From: Patescibacteria group bacterium
GTDB taxonomy: Bacteria > Patescibacteriota > UBA1384 > XYA2-FULL-43-10 > 1-14-0-10-43-13
Reading direction: 5' to 3'
Assembly (NCBI GenBank): GCA_041674765.1
Contig: JBAYVE010000001.1
Span: 134,177-198,176, forward strand
DNA: 64,000 bases
Under the pieces are notes generated by a model. That model was not told the origin of the DNA. It searched no databases and saw nothing but the letters and a program-made list of their open reading frames with translations. Positions 10,029-20,284 of this stretch are shown here, piece after piece. The translations under genes were made by a program, and so were the position numbers. How positions within the stretch are numbered: position 1 is the stretch's first letter; every line of letters starts with the position of its first letter.

Positions 10029-10073
10029 TAAAGTTGCAGGTCACAACCTAATAAGTTGTGGCTTGCACTTTAT
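10029..10073 (+). terminator. Stem-loop after rpsO (terminator or processing site)
   Basis: TAAAGTTGCAGGTCACAAC-loop-GTTGTGGCTTGCACTTTA with only a short U tract. Confidence 0.55.
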
Positions 10074-10084
10074 AAATTAGTAAT

Positions 10085-10189
10085 GCCAGACAGAGCATTA
10101 AGACAAAGTATGAAGTATGAAGTTAAAAGTATTATATAATACTGGTAACTCGATACTTTATACTCTTGACTCTATACTGGCTGAAAGGA
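10085..10189 (+). promoter_or_regulatory. Long hairpin leader of pnp built from AAGTATG-type heptamers
   Basis: gccag..agag..aagtatg aagtatg aagttaa aagtatta / aatact..atacttt atactct tgactct..ctggc, then TGAAAGGA and ATG. Confidence 0.6.
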
Positions 10190-10193
10190 TTGC

Positions 10194-12332
10194 ATGGCAA
10201 TCAAGAAGTTGGAATTTGCTCCTCGTACCTACGAGGTAGCTTTTGGCGAGAAAACATTAACTCTGGAGACTGGAAAACTGGCCGGACTCGCCAGCGGCTC
10301 GATGACGGCAAAATATGAAGATACAGTCATTTTGGCGACAGTGGTAGTTGCGCCGGAACCAAAAGACGGGGCGGATTTTTTCCCTTTGATGGTGGACTAT
10401 GAAGAGAGATTCTACGCAGCTGGCAAGATTTCCGGAAGCCGTTTTATCAAGCGTGAAGGTCGCCCTTCGGATGCCGCCGTTTTGGCCTCCAGAAAAATTG
10501 ACCGTCCGATTAGACCGCTTTTCCCCAAGGGATATAGAAATGATGTCCAGATAATTATTACCGTTTTATCTTATGACGGCTCGATCGATACGGATGTGAT
10601 TGGCACAATTGCCGCTTCAGCCGCTCTAATGCAGACAAATGCACCTTTTAAGGGTCCGATTGCCTCAGTCAATGTCGGGCTGATTGACAATAAGTTTGTT
10701 TTAAATATGTCGGAGGATCAGGTTGAGAAATCAGCCTTGAATTTGACTTTTGCCGCCAATAAAGACCGCATTATGATGATTGAGACAGAATCAAATGAAA
10801 TTTCAGAAGAAAAGATTTTCGAAGCCATTGATTTCGGGCATAAGGCAATGCAGGCTGCTATCGATATTCAGCACAAAATTGCTGAAGATCATCAACGTCA
10901 AGTTATCGAGCAGGAGGAAGAGAAAACTGTCGGTGTTAAAGCTGAAGTTTCCAATCTTGTAGCGGATAGGATCAAAGATGCATTAGCCGAAGTGGATAAA
11001 GAAGAACGTGCGTTGATGTTGAAGTCTTATGAGGAGGAAGTTCTTTCAACTTTGGAGGGATCCTACAAGCAGATCGACATCAAGAGTGCTTTTTCAAAGA
11101 TTGTTGAAAAACAGGTTCGGGAGATGATACTTGTAAATGGTGTCCGACCCGACGGTCGAGGTATGGAGGAAATTCGTCCACTCAATATTGAAGTCGGATT
11201 ATTACCTCGTCCTCACGGATCAGCCTTATTTACCCGTGGCCAGACTCAATCACTGACTGTTGCAACACTTGCTTCTCCTGGAATGGAACAGTTGATAGAC
11301 ACGATGGAAGGTGAGTCGACCAAGAGGTTTATGCATCATTATAATTTCCCTCCATTTTCAACAGGTGAAGTTAAACCAATTCGTGGTACCGGTAGACGTG
11401 AGCTCGGACATGGTTATCTGGCTGAAAAAGCCCTGAAACCAATGATTCCTGACGATGAGTCATTTCCATACACGATTAGACTTGTTTCCGAAATCCTAAG
11501 CTCAAACGGCTCTAGCTCAATGGCAGCAACCTGTGCATCAACCTTGGCGCTGATGGACGCGGGTGTACCAATCAAGAAACCGGTAGCTGGGATTGCTATG
11601 GGCTTGGTCACAAGCCCTGACGCTTCAGAATATAAGGTTCTTTCGGATCTTCAAGGGCTAGAGGATTTTGCCGGAGATATGGATTTCAAGGTTGCAGGTA
11701 CGAAAGATGGAGTTACCGCTATCCAGATGGATACAAAGATCTGTGGTCTTACTTTCGATATCATCAAAGATACTCTCGATCAAGCCAAAAAAGGTCGGAT
11801 GGAAATTATGGAAGCGATGCTCGCTGTAATCCCTGAGCCTCGCAAAGAATTATCAAAATATGCGCCTAAGATAGAGGCCATCAGAATTAATCCTGACAAG
11901 ATCGGTGAGCTAATTGGACCAGGAGGAAAGACTATCAAGAAGCTTGTCGAAGAGTGCGGTGGCAAGGAAATAATTAGTATTGATATAGAGGACGATGGCA
12001 CAGTGATGGTTTCCTCGGTTGATCCGGAGATGGGCGAGAAAGCAATTTCGATGATAAAAGCGATGACTCGGGATATAACTGTCGGCGAAGTATTCACCGG
12101 ACAAATTGTTGACATTAAGAAGGATAGAATGACAGGAAAAGAGATCGGCGCTATTATGCAGCTGACGCCAAAGCTTGATGGTATGATTCATATCTCTCAG
12201 ATCTCAATGGAGAGAATTGAAAAAGTTTCAGATAAATTGAAAGTAGGGCAAGTGGTAACTGCAAAAGTTGCAGAAGTTGATCCGATGAAAGGCCGGATAG
12301 GTCTAACGATGAAGGGTATAGAGCAGAAATAG
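10194..12332 (+). CDS. pnp: Polyribonucleotide nucleotidyltransferase (PNPase)
   Basis: DFFPLMVDYEERFYAAGKI, HGSALFTRGQTQ, SNGSSSMA, GDMDFKVAGT, plus KH and S1 domains. Confidence 0.99.
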   Translation: MAIKKLEFAPRTYEVAFGEKTLTLETGKLAGLASGSMTAKYEDTVILATVVVAPEPKDGADFFPLMVDYEERFYAAGKISGSRFIKREGRPSDAAVLASRKIDRPIRPLFPKGYRNDVQIIITVLSYDGSIDTDVIGTIAASAALMQTNAPFKGPIASVNVGLIDNKFVLNMSEDQVEKSALNLTFAANKDRIMMIETESNEISEEKIFEAIDFGHKAMQAAIDIQHKIAEDHQRQVIEQEEEKTVGVKAEVSNLVADRIKDALAEVDKEERALMLKSYEEEVLSTLEGSYKQIDIKSAFSKIVEKQVREMILVNGVRPDGRGMEEIRPLNIEVGLLPRPHGSALFTRGQTQSLTVATLASPGMEQLIDTMEGESTKRFMHHYNFPPFSTGEVKPIRGTGRRELGHGYLAEKALKPMIPDDESFPYTIRLVSEILSSNGSSSMAATCASTLALMDAGVPIKKPVAGIAMGLVTSPDASEYKVLSDLQGLEDFAGDMDFKVAGTKDGVTAIQMDTKICGLTFDIIKDTLDQAKKGRMEIMEAMLAVIPEPRKELSKYAPKIEAIRINPDKIGELIGPGGKTIKKLVEECGGKEIISIDIEDDGTVMVSSVDPEMGEKAISMIKAMTRDITVGEVFTGQIVDIKKDRMTGKEIGAIMQLTPKLDGMIHISQISMERIEKVSDKLKVGQVVTAKVAEVDPMKGRIGLTMKGIEQK

Positions 12333-12341
12333 TTTAAACAT

Positions 12342-12408
12342 GCTAATAGCGAAAAAAGCGGATTAAGCCAATACCATCATTATTCGCTCAATTAGCCTCA
12401 TTAGTCGT
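12342..12408. repeat. 9-mer-unit (GCTAAT) inverted repeat downstream of pnp
   Basis: gctaatagc gaaaaaagc ggattaagc caat facing attattcgc tcaattagc ctcattagt. Confidence 0.6.
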
Positions 12409-12475
12409 TAATATAGTAGTTGTCTCGGCCCATTGAGAACTCACCGAATACAAGACAAACATTGAAATAGAATCA

Positions 12476-12510
12476 TAAAAATACCTTCCGTAATCGGAAG
12501 GTATTTTTTA
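12476..12510. terminator. Intrinsic terminator after pnp
   Basis: AAAAATACCTTCCG-TAAT-CGGAAGGTATTTTT perfect stem. Confidence 0.9.
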
Positions 12511-12635
12511 TTGTCGCTGGAAAGTGATGACTGTGGAAGCGATTTTTGCACCGATCACTGTTGGATGTGTGCTATTGGGTTTGCATTGAATGTTCCTTTA
12601 GGATTATGATGTAAATATAATAATCGGGAGGAGGC

Positions 12636-13556
12636 ATGATAAAAGATAAAGTTCTCTTTGCTGTTATTTTTGCTGTCATAATTTTAGTCGGCGGCGGTTT
12701 TTATGGCGCTAAAAAAATCAGTATCAAGGGTGACGTTGCTGGATCGTCTTGTGATGTAAATACCGCCATACAAGAAGGAAAGGCAATTCTAAAGACTAGC
12801 CATGGATATTTTAAGGCCAAAAAGATTGCAGATTTAAACGTTCCCTATCGCGCTGACGACGACTCAGTATTTGTCTATGCGGTTACAACAAGTCAGAAAA
12901 CCGGCCTTTTTTATGCAGGGAGAGACAGTTCTGGCACCATGAAGTTAACACATGATTATAAAACATACGCTTGGGACCCAGATGGAGATAAAACCGATTA
13001 TCCGAAAGAGTATGCCGTAGATGATAAGATGTTGATCCAAAACCTTTCGAAGTCTTTTAGCTTTGATAATTCCTTGTACATAATCGAGAACTATCCAAAT
13101 AATCCAATTGAAGGGGCCTCAGAGATATATGCCCTCGCAAATGGTAACTTTGCAGCTTGTTCCAGCGAAGGTATTAAATATGAATTTGATATGTTGGGTC
13201 ATGCCGTTAAAGTTTTTGATTTGAGTAACTCGATATCAGGTGTTATGGACGAAGAAAAGCTAGGACTGACAATACAATATATTGATAATGGGTCTGCTGT
13301 TCAAAGAAGCGCTGATGACAACAATACTCTTGCTCCCGATTTGAACAGGGAATTTACTATTAAAGCAGATGGCACCGGTATTTATCCTCTGGACTACGAA
13401 CTTCTTGAAGCTGGAAATAACTTTATGGTTGTATCAAAGAGCTCGGATGGCAGTTCCATTAGGTTGAAAATGATCAAAAAAGGAGTAGTAAATATTATTT
13501 TCTTTCTCCAATATAACCCAACCCAAATCAAGCCGATCACCCTCTCATTTATGTAG
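12636..13556 (+). CDS. Hypothetical membrane-anchored/secreted protein
   Basis: 306-aa ORF with GGAGG RBS, an N-terminal hydrophobic segment and two Cys. Confidence 0.75.
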   Translation: MIKDKVLFAVIFAVIILVGGGFYGAKKISIKGDVAGSSCDVNTAIQEGKAILKTSHGYFKAKKIADLNVPYRADDDSVFVYAVTTSQKTGLFYAGRDSSGTMKLTHDYKTYAWDPDGDKTDYPKEYAVDDKMLIQNLSKSFSFDNSLYIIENYPNNPIEGASEIYALANGNFAACSSEGIKYEFDMLGHAVKVFDLSNSISGVMDEEKLGLTIQYIDNGSAVQRSADDNNTLAPDLNREFTIKADGTGIYPLDYELLEAGNNFMVVSKSSDGSSIRLKMIKKGVVNIIFFLQYNPTQIKPITLSFM

Positions 13557-13731
13557 ACTGCGAAGTCTCGCATAAAATTTGATTTATACTAAGCAGCCGT
13601 TTTTGAGGGTATACATAGTCGAACGGAACTTTTTAATGGTTTTTTAAGTATGAGACTGGAGATTTTAATATTTCTGGATAGGTAAATCGGGCCGCTAATT
13701 CTGCAACTAGTCTCTGGTAGATATTCGTGAA

Positions 13732-13760
13732 TTGACAATTCCTTCACGCTATGCTATACT
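13732..13760 (+). promoter_or_regulatory. Sigma70-type promoter for udg-rnj
   Basis: TTGACA-N17-TATACT with an extended TG. Confidence 0.8.
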
Positions 13761-13832
13761 TCAAGCAATATTTGAAGGGGAATGGACTCATTTTATATCT
13801 GATTTTTTTATTTTATCGATAGATATTTGTTA

Positions 13833-14459
13833 ATGATTGATCTGGAAAAAGAAAAAGAATTAAATGCGTTGAGGCATGAAGTATCTTCTTGCCTGAAATG
13901 CTCTCTTTGCAAGACCAGGATGCACACAGTTTTCGGAGAGGGTAATTCCAGTTCCTCAATAATGTTTGTGGGAGAAGCTCCGGGGGCTAAAGAAGATTTA
14001 AGCGGTATTCCATTTTGCGGTGCTGCCGGCAAATTTTTGGACGAAATGCTTATAAAAGCAGGTCTCGATCGGAGTAAAGTATATATAGCAAATACCCTAA
14101 AGTGCCGACCTCCGGAGAATAGAGACCCTGAAGAATCTGAAAAAACAGAGTGCAAAAATTATTTATTACACCAAATTGAAATTATCAAACCAGCCTTGAT
14201 CGTCTGCCTTGGTCGTCACGCGACTAGAGAGATGTTGCCCGGAATGCCAAGTATTTCCAAAATACACGGTCATGCATTGAAGCGGCTAAACGGCATTGTC
14301 TACCTTCCTCTTTATCATCCGGCAGCAGCTCTACATAACGGGGCCTTAAGAAAAACGCTAATTGATGACTTCATGAAAATACCGGTCATTCTTGGCAAAC
14401 TGGGAAGAAAAGCCAAAAGCTTAAAGCTTAAAGCAAAAAGCAGGGGACAAATTGAATAA
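13833..14459 (+). CDS. Uracil-DNA glycosylase, family 4 (Fe-S)
   Basis: CxxC, VGEAPG, KCRPPENR and YHPAAAL motifs. Confidence 0.95.
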   Translation: MIDLEKEKELNALRHEVSSCLKCSLCKTRMHTVFGEGNSSSSIMFVGEAPGAKEDLSGIPFCGAAGKFLDEMLIKAGLDRSKVYIANTLKCRPPENRDPEESEKTECKNYLLHQIEIIKPALIVCLGRHATREMLPGMPSISKIHGHALKRLNGIVYLPLYHPAAALHNGALRKTLIDDFMKIPVILGKLGRKAKSLKLKAKSRGQIE

Positions 14460-14526
14460 GAAAGTTTGAGTCAAATTTAGAATTTAATGATTTAAAAATA
14501 GAACTAACTATAGGATCTTTACGAAA

Positions 14527-16362
14527 ATGAATGAAGAAATGAAAAAAACAGGTTCCGCCCAAGTGGGAGAAACCGAAAGCAAAGAGAGGGATCAAAAACT
14601 GAACTCTGCTCTGAAGAACAATGCGGTTGAGACACGCTACACCGCGCAACAAGTTGACTTGAACAAGTCAAAGTTTTTCTACGAACCAAAATTAAAAGTT
14701 ATTCCGCTTGGCGGGGTTGAAGAAACCGGTGGCAAGAACTGTACCGTCATCGAATACAAAGATGACATTCTAATTGTCGATATGGGTTTTATGTTTCCGG
14801 ACGAAAGTATGCCGGGTGTTGACTATGTTATCCCGGATGTTAGCTACCTGGAACAGAATAAGAAAAAAATTAGAGGTCTGATTATCACTCATGGCCACTT
14901 GGATCATATCGGCGCGATCCCTTATGTTTATGAAAAAATCGGCTCTCCGATTATCTATTCTGCGCCACTTACACTTGGTATTATCAAGAGCAAGCTCGAA
15001 GAATTTGGTTTGGACAAGAGAGCTAAGCTCTCGCCCATAAAACCCGGTGAAGATGTGCTGCAGCTCGGTTGTTTCAAAATTGAGAGCTTCAAGGTAAACC
15101 ATAGCATTCCGCAAGCGATGGGTTTTGCAATCACAACTCCGGAAGGAGTTATCGTTGATACAGGCGACTTCAAATTTGATCACACTCCTGCAGACGGTAA
15201 ACCTGTCGATTTCTCCGCTATTGCAAAAATTGGCGACAAAAAACCGATTCTATTGATGGCAGACTCAACCAATATTGAAAAACCCGGTGTCTCCATCTCT
15301 GAGAAGGTCTTGGAAGATTCCTTAATGTCTGTTATGGAAAATGCACAAAATCGACTGATCGTGTCCACCTTTTCGACTTTGATCGGTCGTATTCAACAAA
15401 TTTTAAATGTATCGAAGAAGCTTGATCGCAAAGTTTGTTTTGTCGGTCGAAGTATGGTCACGACCGTTGATATCGCTATCTCCCTTGAAGCACTGATCGT
15501 TCCAAAAAACACAATTATCGATGTTAAAGAATTGAATAGATATCCAGATAACAAGGTTGTAATCGTCTGCACGGGTTCACAGGGTGAAGATAATGCGGCA
15601 CTGACTAGGATAGCGACAGGCGAGCACCGTCAGGTCAAGATGAAAAAAGGCGATCTCGTCATTCTTTCGTCTTCGCCGATTCCGGGAAATGAGCGTGCGG
15701 TTTCGGGCTTGATGGATAATCTTTTCCGTGCTGGTGCCCAAGTTGTTTACCAAAAACTTATGGATGTTCATACTTCCGGGCATGCCAATCAGGAAGATAT
15801 CAAGCTAATGCTTGCACTGATCAAGCCAAAATATCTGATGCCAGTTCATGGCGAACGTTTTAGATTAATGCTGCACAGCCAAATTGCTCAAGGCATCGGC
15901 ATTGTTGACGAAGAGCACTGTCTTGTTGCCGATGATGGTCAAGTGATCGAATTTAGCAAGGGTAAAGGCGAAGTTACAAACAAGCGTGTACCAGCCTCTT
16001 ACGTAATGGTTGATGGTCTTGGTGTCGGCGATGTCGGCAATATCGTATTGCGGGATCGAAAAGCGATGGCGCAGGATGGTATCTTCGTCGTTATCGTTAC
16101 GGCCGATCATCAAAATGGTCAGATTTTGACCTCGCCGGATATTATTTCTCGCGGGTTCATCTATATGCGTGAAAGCGAGGATCTGGTTCACAAAGCCAGA
16201 GCCGAAGTAAAGAAAATATTTGCCAGATATACTCAAGTAAAAACAGGGGCGAAGCCCGATTTCTCAATCGCAAAACAAAAATTGCGAGATGAATTAGGTG
16301 AATTCCTGTTCAAAGAAACCGAGAGAAGACCGATGGTCATCCCTGTAGTTATTGAGGTTTAG
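14527..16362 (+). CDS. rnj: Ribonuclease J
   Basis: IPLGGVEE.GKN, THGHLDHIGA, TGDFKFD, HTSGHA, PVHGE and RRPMVIPV motifs. Confidence 0.98.
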   Translation: MNEEMKKTGSAQVGETESKERDQKLNSALKNNAVETRYTAQQVDLNKSKFFYEPKLKVIPLGGVEETGGKNCTVIEYKDDILIVDMGFMFPDESMPGVDYVIPDVSYLEQNKKKIRGLIITHGHLDHIGAIPYVYEKIGSPIIYSAPLTLGIIKSKLEEFGLDKRAKLSPIKPGEDVLQLGCFKIESFKVNHSIPQAMGFAITTPEGVIVDTGDFKFDHTPADGKPVDFSAIAKIGDKKPILLMADSTNIEKPGVSISEKVLEDSLMSVMENAQNRLIVSTFSTLIGRIQQILNVSKKLDRKVCFVGRSMVTTVDIAISLEALIVPKNTIIDVKELNRYPDNKVVIVCTGSQGEDNAALTRIATGEHRQVKMKKGDLVILSSSPIPGNERAVSGLMDNLFRAGAQVVYQKLMDVHTSGHANQEDIKLMLALIKPKYLMPVHGERFRLMLHSQIAQGIGIVDEEHCLVADDGQVIEFSKGKGEVTNKRVPASYVMVDGLGVGDVGNIVLRDRKAMAQDGIFVVIVTADHQNGQILTSPDIISRGFIYMRESEDLVHKARAEVKKIFARYTQVKTGAKPDFSIAKQKLRDELGEFLFKETERRPMVIPVVIEV

Positions 16363-16504
16363 CATACGGTTTAAATAGCAAGAATAAATTATTGAAGCCA
16401 CTTCTTGTGAGCATTTTAAATTTCCCTTGACTCGATTGTGTCCTTGCAACATCTTCTAAATGGCAGTATCATAGAAAAAACGGTAATTTACTATCGGAGG
16501 AGAT

Positions 16505-17077
16505 ATGAGCTTTTTTTATAAAAAGATTCTAGGCGGCTCGACTTTATTTTTAGTAGCCGCGTTAGGGCTTGGTTTTGCCTCTGTTAGTCTTTTTGGAGTG
16601 AAGGCAGATTCATGCAGTGCAAAGAGCAGTTTTGATCGATCTAAAATTCTAATTCCTGCCGGCGATAGCTATGTAGAAGCTCAGCGTATTTCCCCGGAGT
16701 TGAACAAGCCGTCTGTTATTTATAAGAATGGGGTTTATATCAACGTTGATGGGAGAATTTATTATTCCGACGGAGTCAAATATCTCGAACAGCCAACTTT
16801 TAAAGACGGTAAGATCCTGATAATGGTTGAAGATTACTATCTGTTAGCGGATGCTGATAGCTATACAGACTTTACCAGCCAAAACTTTGGGAGTTCCATG
16901 CTCCTGGCTTATAAAGGCTATCTTCTAAAAACCGATAGCAGTAGTTCGAGGTCAGTTGACTCAGGGGTATACGCAAAAGGTGGCACAACCGCTGTTTGCA
17001 TGTCATCAATTTTCTACGAAGCTGATATTAGCTATGCGGCAGCTAGAGTACTAAACGGTATAGTGATAGAGAAATAA
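16505..17077 (+). CDS. Hypothetical secreted protein, apparent paralog of 12636..13556
   Basis: GGAGG RBS and signal-like N terminus, with similar Cys-containing blocks. Confidence 0.7.
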   Translation: MSFFYKKILGGSTLFLVAALGLGFASVSLFGVKADSCSAKSSFDRSKILIPAGDSYVEAQRISPELNKPSVIYKNGVYINVDGRIYYSDGVKYLEQPTFKDGKILIMVEDYYLLADADSYTDFTSQNFGSSMLLAYKGYLLKTDSSSSRSVDSGVYAKGGTTAVCMSSIFYEADISYAAARVLNGIVIEK

Positions 17078-17238
17078 CTTTAAATAGAGCTGAGGGATAG
17101 GTTTATAACAGAGCCTTATTTTTATTTGCAACAAAGCCTTGTTTATTCTATAATTAAAGTAAAGTGCGCCGGCACGGTTTTTATAGTTATCATCGGATAA
17201 TCAGAGTAAGTTGAAATAATTTTAGAAGAGAGGGAATA

Positions 17239-19491
17239 ATGGGCAGAAAACGACTTCACCCTAAGAAAAAACCGAATCAAAAATGGTATCAAAAGGAAGA
17301 TGATTGGGGTAACTTCGTCTTTGATTGGTCTCTTGGCCTCTCGCCACAGGCGTGGCGATTGATTTTTGCGACGGTAATTCTATTATTTTCTGTTACCATT
17401 ATCTTAGGTTTCTTTGATAAATCAGGGGTTTTGGGTTTATTTTTTTCAAAATTAATAATTAAACTATTTGGCAGCTTTGGGGCTTATATTTTTGGTGCTG
17501 TCTTGTTGTATCTGGGCATAATACTGATCAAGCCAAGGAAAAATAAGGATGGCAAAGGTTCTTATCGTATCGCAGAGTTTCTGGGTCTCTTCCTTTTGGC
17601 TTTTTCCGTTCCAACTTTTATCCACTTATTTGTTCCGCCGGAAATTTCTGGTGAAGTTGGTGGTCGGGGTCAATACGGTGGCTTGGTTGGGCATGGCTTG
17701 TCGGTGCCTCTTCGTAATGCTATTGGTCTGTTTCCGACCTTTCTATTTACGGTTGCTATGGCTGGTGTTTCGATTTTGATGATTTTTGAATTTTCCTTAA
17801 CAGATTTTCTAGGATGGGGAGACAAGAAGGAGAAAGAGGACGGTGAGTCAGGCCGGGTTAACGTCAATAGAACGGAACCCAGAGTATCTGTCTTCGAATC
17901 TGTTCGTAAGAGATTGGGTCTCGGAAAGGCGTCAAAAGAAGCTGAATCAAAGGCTACAGTTATTGAGGTTGCCCAAAGTGCTCATCCGCCCGTACATCAG
18001 AAGGAAGGTACTGTTTGGCATTATCCTACTGTAGAATTATTGAACAATTTGAATGAGACGGCTGATCCAGGCAACATCTATAAGAATGCCGAGGCGATCC
18101 AAAAATGCCTGAACACCTTCAATATCGATGTTGAGCTTGGCGATGCTAATGTTGGACCTACAGTTACTCAATACACCTTGAAGCCGACAGCCGGTGTCAA
18201 GCTAAACCAGATAGTTGCACGGCAAAATGATCTAGCCTTGGCTCTATCCGCAAAAAGTATCAGAATTGAAGCTCCAATCCCGGGGAAAAATGCTGTTGGT
18301 ATCGAGATACCCAACAAAAAAGCGGCTAAAGTTACGCTTCGGGAAATTCTATTTTCCCCTGAGTTTAAGACGATCAAGAGCAAGTTGACTTTGGCCCTTG
18401 GTCGAGACGTTGCAGGTGACTCGGTCTCTATCGATCTCGAAAAGATGCCCCACCTTTTAATCGCTGGTTCGACCGGCTCTGGAAAATCTGTTTGCATTAA
18501 TGCCATAATTTCGTCGTTGCTTTATAATAACTCACCAGCGGAGCTACGGCTATTGTTGGTCGATCCTAAGAGAGTGGAGCTGACCTGTTACAATGCCATT
18601 CCTCATTTGATTACGCCGGTTGTCACCGAAGTGGACAAGACAGTTTCAGCCTTGAAATGGGCTGTCTGGGAGATGGAAAGACGATACAAGATGTTTTCGG
18701 AGCTTGGCAAACGTAATATTATCGCCTACAATGTGGCTCCGGGGCCCGAAGGAAAACTTCCTTATATGGTTATTATTATCGATGAGTTGGCCGACTTGAT
18801 GGCAACTTCATCAAAAGAGGTCGAAGGGTCTATAGTTAGATTGGCACAGATGGCCAGAGCGACAGGAATGCATTTAATCATTGCCACTCAGCGTCCATCG
18901 GTCGATGTTTTGACTGGCCTAATCAAAGCTAATATCGCTTCTAGAATTGCTTTCGCCACTGCTTCCCAAGTTGATTCAAGGACAATTCTCGACATATCCG
19001 GTGCCGAAAAGCTGCTTGGCAACGGCGATATGCTCTTTATGGCCGCCGGAATTAAACCCCGTCGTATTCAGGGGTGTTTTATTTCGGACCCTGAAATTGA
19101 GAAGGTTACTGACTTCCTCAAGAAAGAAGGAGGTCCTCAGTACGATGAAAGTATTCTATCTTTTGGTGCGAGTCGAGGAGGAGGAGTTGGCAATGGCATG
19201 GGAACAGATGAAGATGATTTGTATAATGATGCGGTTGAGACGGTCGTTAACGCCGGCAAAGGATCAGCTTCTCTTTTGCAGCGCAGACTAAAAGTCGGCT
19301 ATGCCAGAGCAGCCAGATTACTCGATATACTAGAAGAGAATGGGGTTATTGGTCCGCAAGATGGCGCCAAGCCTCGTGATGTCTTAGTATCAAGCTCGGA
19401 GATAGGCGGCTATAAATCAGTCAATGACGAATATAACAACAGCTTCAGCGGGGAATTATCAAAGGACGATGAGGGGGAAAAATACTACTAG
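17239..19491 (+). CDS. ftsK: DNA translocase FtsK/SpoIIIE
   Basis: 4TM N terminus, MPHLLIAGSTGSGKS, IIIDELADLM, ATQRPSVDV and the gamma domain 'SASLLQRRLKVGYARAARL'. Confidence 0.98.
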   Translation: MGRKRLHPKKKPNQKWYQKEDDWGNFVFDWSLGLSPQAWRLIFATVILLFSVTIILGFFDKSGVLGLFFSKLIIKLFGSFGAYIFGAVLLYLGIILIKPRKNKDGKGSYRIAEFLGLFLLAFSVPTFIHLFVPPEISGEVGGRGQYGGLVGHGLSVPLRNAIGLFPTFLFTVAMAGVSILMIFEFSLTDFLGWGDKKEKEDGESGRVNVNRTEPRVSVFESVRKRLGLGKASKEAESKATVIEVAQSAHPPVHQKEGTVWHYPTVELLNNLNETADPGNIYKNAEAIQKCLNTFNIDVELGDANVGPTVTQYTLKPTAGVKLNQIVARQNDLALALSAKSIRIEAPIPGKNAVGIEIPNKKAAKVTLREILFSPEFKTIKSKLTLALGRDVAGDSVSIDLEKMPHLLIAGSTGSGKSVCINAIISSLLYNNSPAELRLLLVDPKRVELTCYNAIPHLITPVVTEVDKTVSALKWAVWEMERRYKMFSELGKRNIIAYNVAPGPEGKLPYMVIIIDELADLMATSSKEVEGSIVRLAQMARATGMHLIIATQRPSVDVLTGLIKANIASRIAFATASQVDSRTILDISGAEKLLGNGDMLFMAAGIKPRRIQGCFISDPEIEKVTDFLKKEGGPQYDESILSFGASRGGGVGNGMGTDEDDLYNDAVETVVNAGKGSASLLQRRLKVGYARAARLLDILEENGVIGPQDGAKPRDVLVSSSEIGGYKSVNDEYNNSFSGELSKDDEGEKYY

Positions 19492-19560
19492 AATTTCCGA
19501 AACCAATTTAGAAATCAAATAATTCAAAAAATTAGGATTTGATTAGAAAATTAAAAATTC
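19491..19560. repeat. Heptamer-unit inverted repeat filling the ftsK to rodZ-like spacer
   Basis: gaatttcc..aatttag aaatcaa..facing ttaggat ttgatta gaaaatt aaaaattc. Confidence 0.55.
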
Positions 19561-19566
19561 ACAGAT

Positions 19567-20280
19567 ATGATTTCAGGTTTTTCAAAAAAGAAGATTAAAG
19601 AGAAAAAAACGCTGGCAGAACGGCTAAAATCATCTAGGCTTGCTCAGGATATCAGTTTGTCCGATGCTGAAGCAGGTACAAAGGTTAGGGCTAAATTTTT
19701 AGCGGCGCTAGAAGATGATAGATGGAATGAACTTCCATCAAGCGTTTACGTTCGGGGGTTTGTTTTGGCTTATGCCAAGTTTTTGAGCATCAAGAATACC
19801 GAAATATTGAAATTATACGAGACTGAATTGAATCTGAAAAGAAATGTAAACCATCATTATGATCTTGCCTATAAAAATAGCTTTAAAGAGACTAAAGCTC
19901 TTATAACCCCGAAACTAGTTGGATTTCTATTTATGGGTTTCTTCATTTTCTCAATGTTTGGCTACATTTTTTATCAGGTTTCCAATTTCGCCGGCAGTCC
20001 CGATCTGAAAGTTCTATCTCCCAACAATAATGCACTTCTAGATGATGATTCGATTGAGATTCGGGGATTGGTTGACAATGATAGCATATTAACGGTAAAT
20101 GAGGAGACAGTGCCAATCACCAATGACGGTCATTTTTTTACCAATTTGAGGCTCCATCGGGGGGTAAATATAATTAAAGTTTCGGCAAAAAATAAAGCGC
20201 AAAAGGAAACGTCGGAGGTTTTGACTTTAGAATACAAGCCAAAAACAGCACTTATTGATTCTCTGCAAAGGGATCAATAA
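19567..20280 (+). CDS. RodZ-like HTH membrane protein with C-terminal Ig-like domain
   Basis: TKVRAKFLAALE...LPSSVYVRGFVLAYAKFL (HTH_25-like), single TM, located after ftsK. Confidence 0.85.
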   Translation: MISGFSKKKIKEKKTLAERLKSSRLAQDISLSDAEAGTKVRAKFLAALEDDRWNELPSSVYVRGFVLAYAKFLSIKNTEILKLYETELNLKRNVNHHYDLAYKNSFKETKALITPKLVGFLFMGFFIFSMFGYIFYQVSNFAGSPDLKVLSPNNNALLDDDSIEIRGLVDNDSILTVNEETVPITNDGHFFTNLRLHRGVNIIKVSAKNKAQKETSEVLTLEYKPKTALIDSLQRDQ

Positions 20281-20284
20281 GAAT

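Noticed and set aside
13562-13658. Possible inverted-repeat element after the 12636 gene
   Set aside because: Only a short imperfect match (agtctc..gagact), and no second copy was found.
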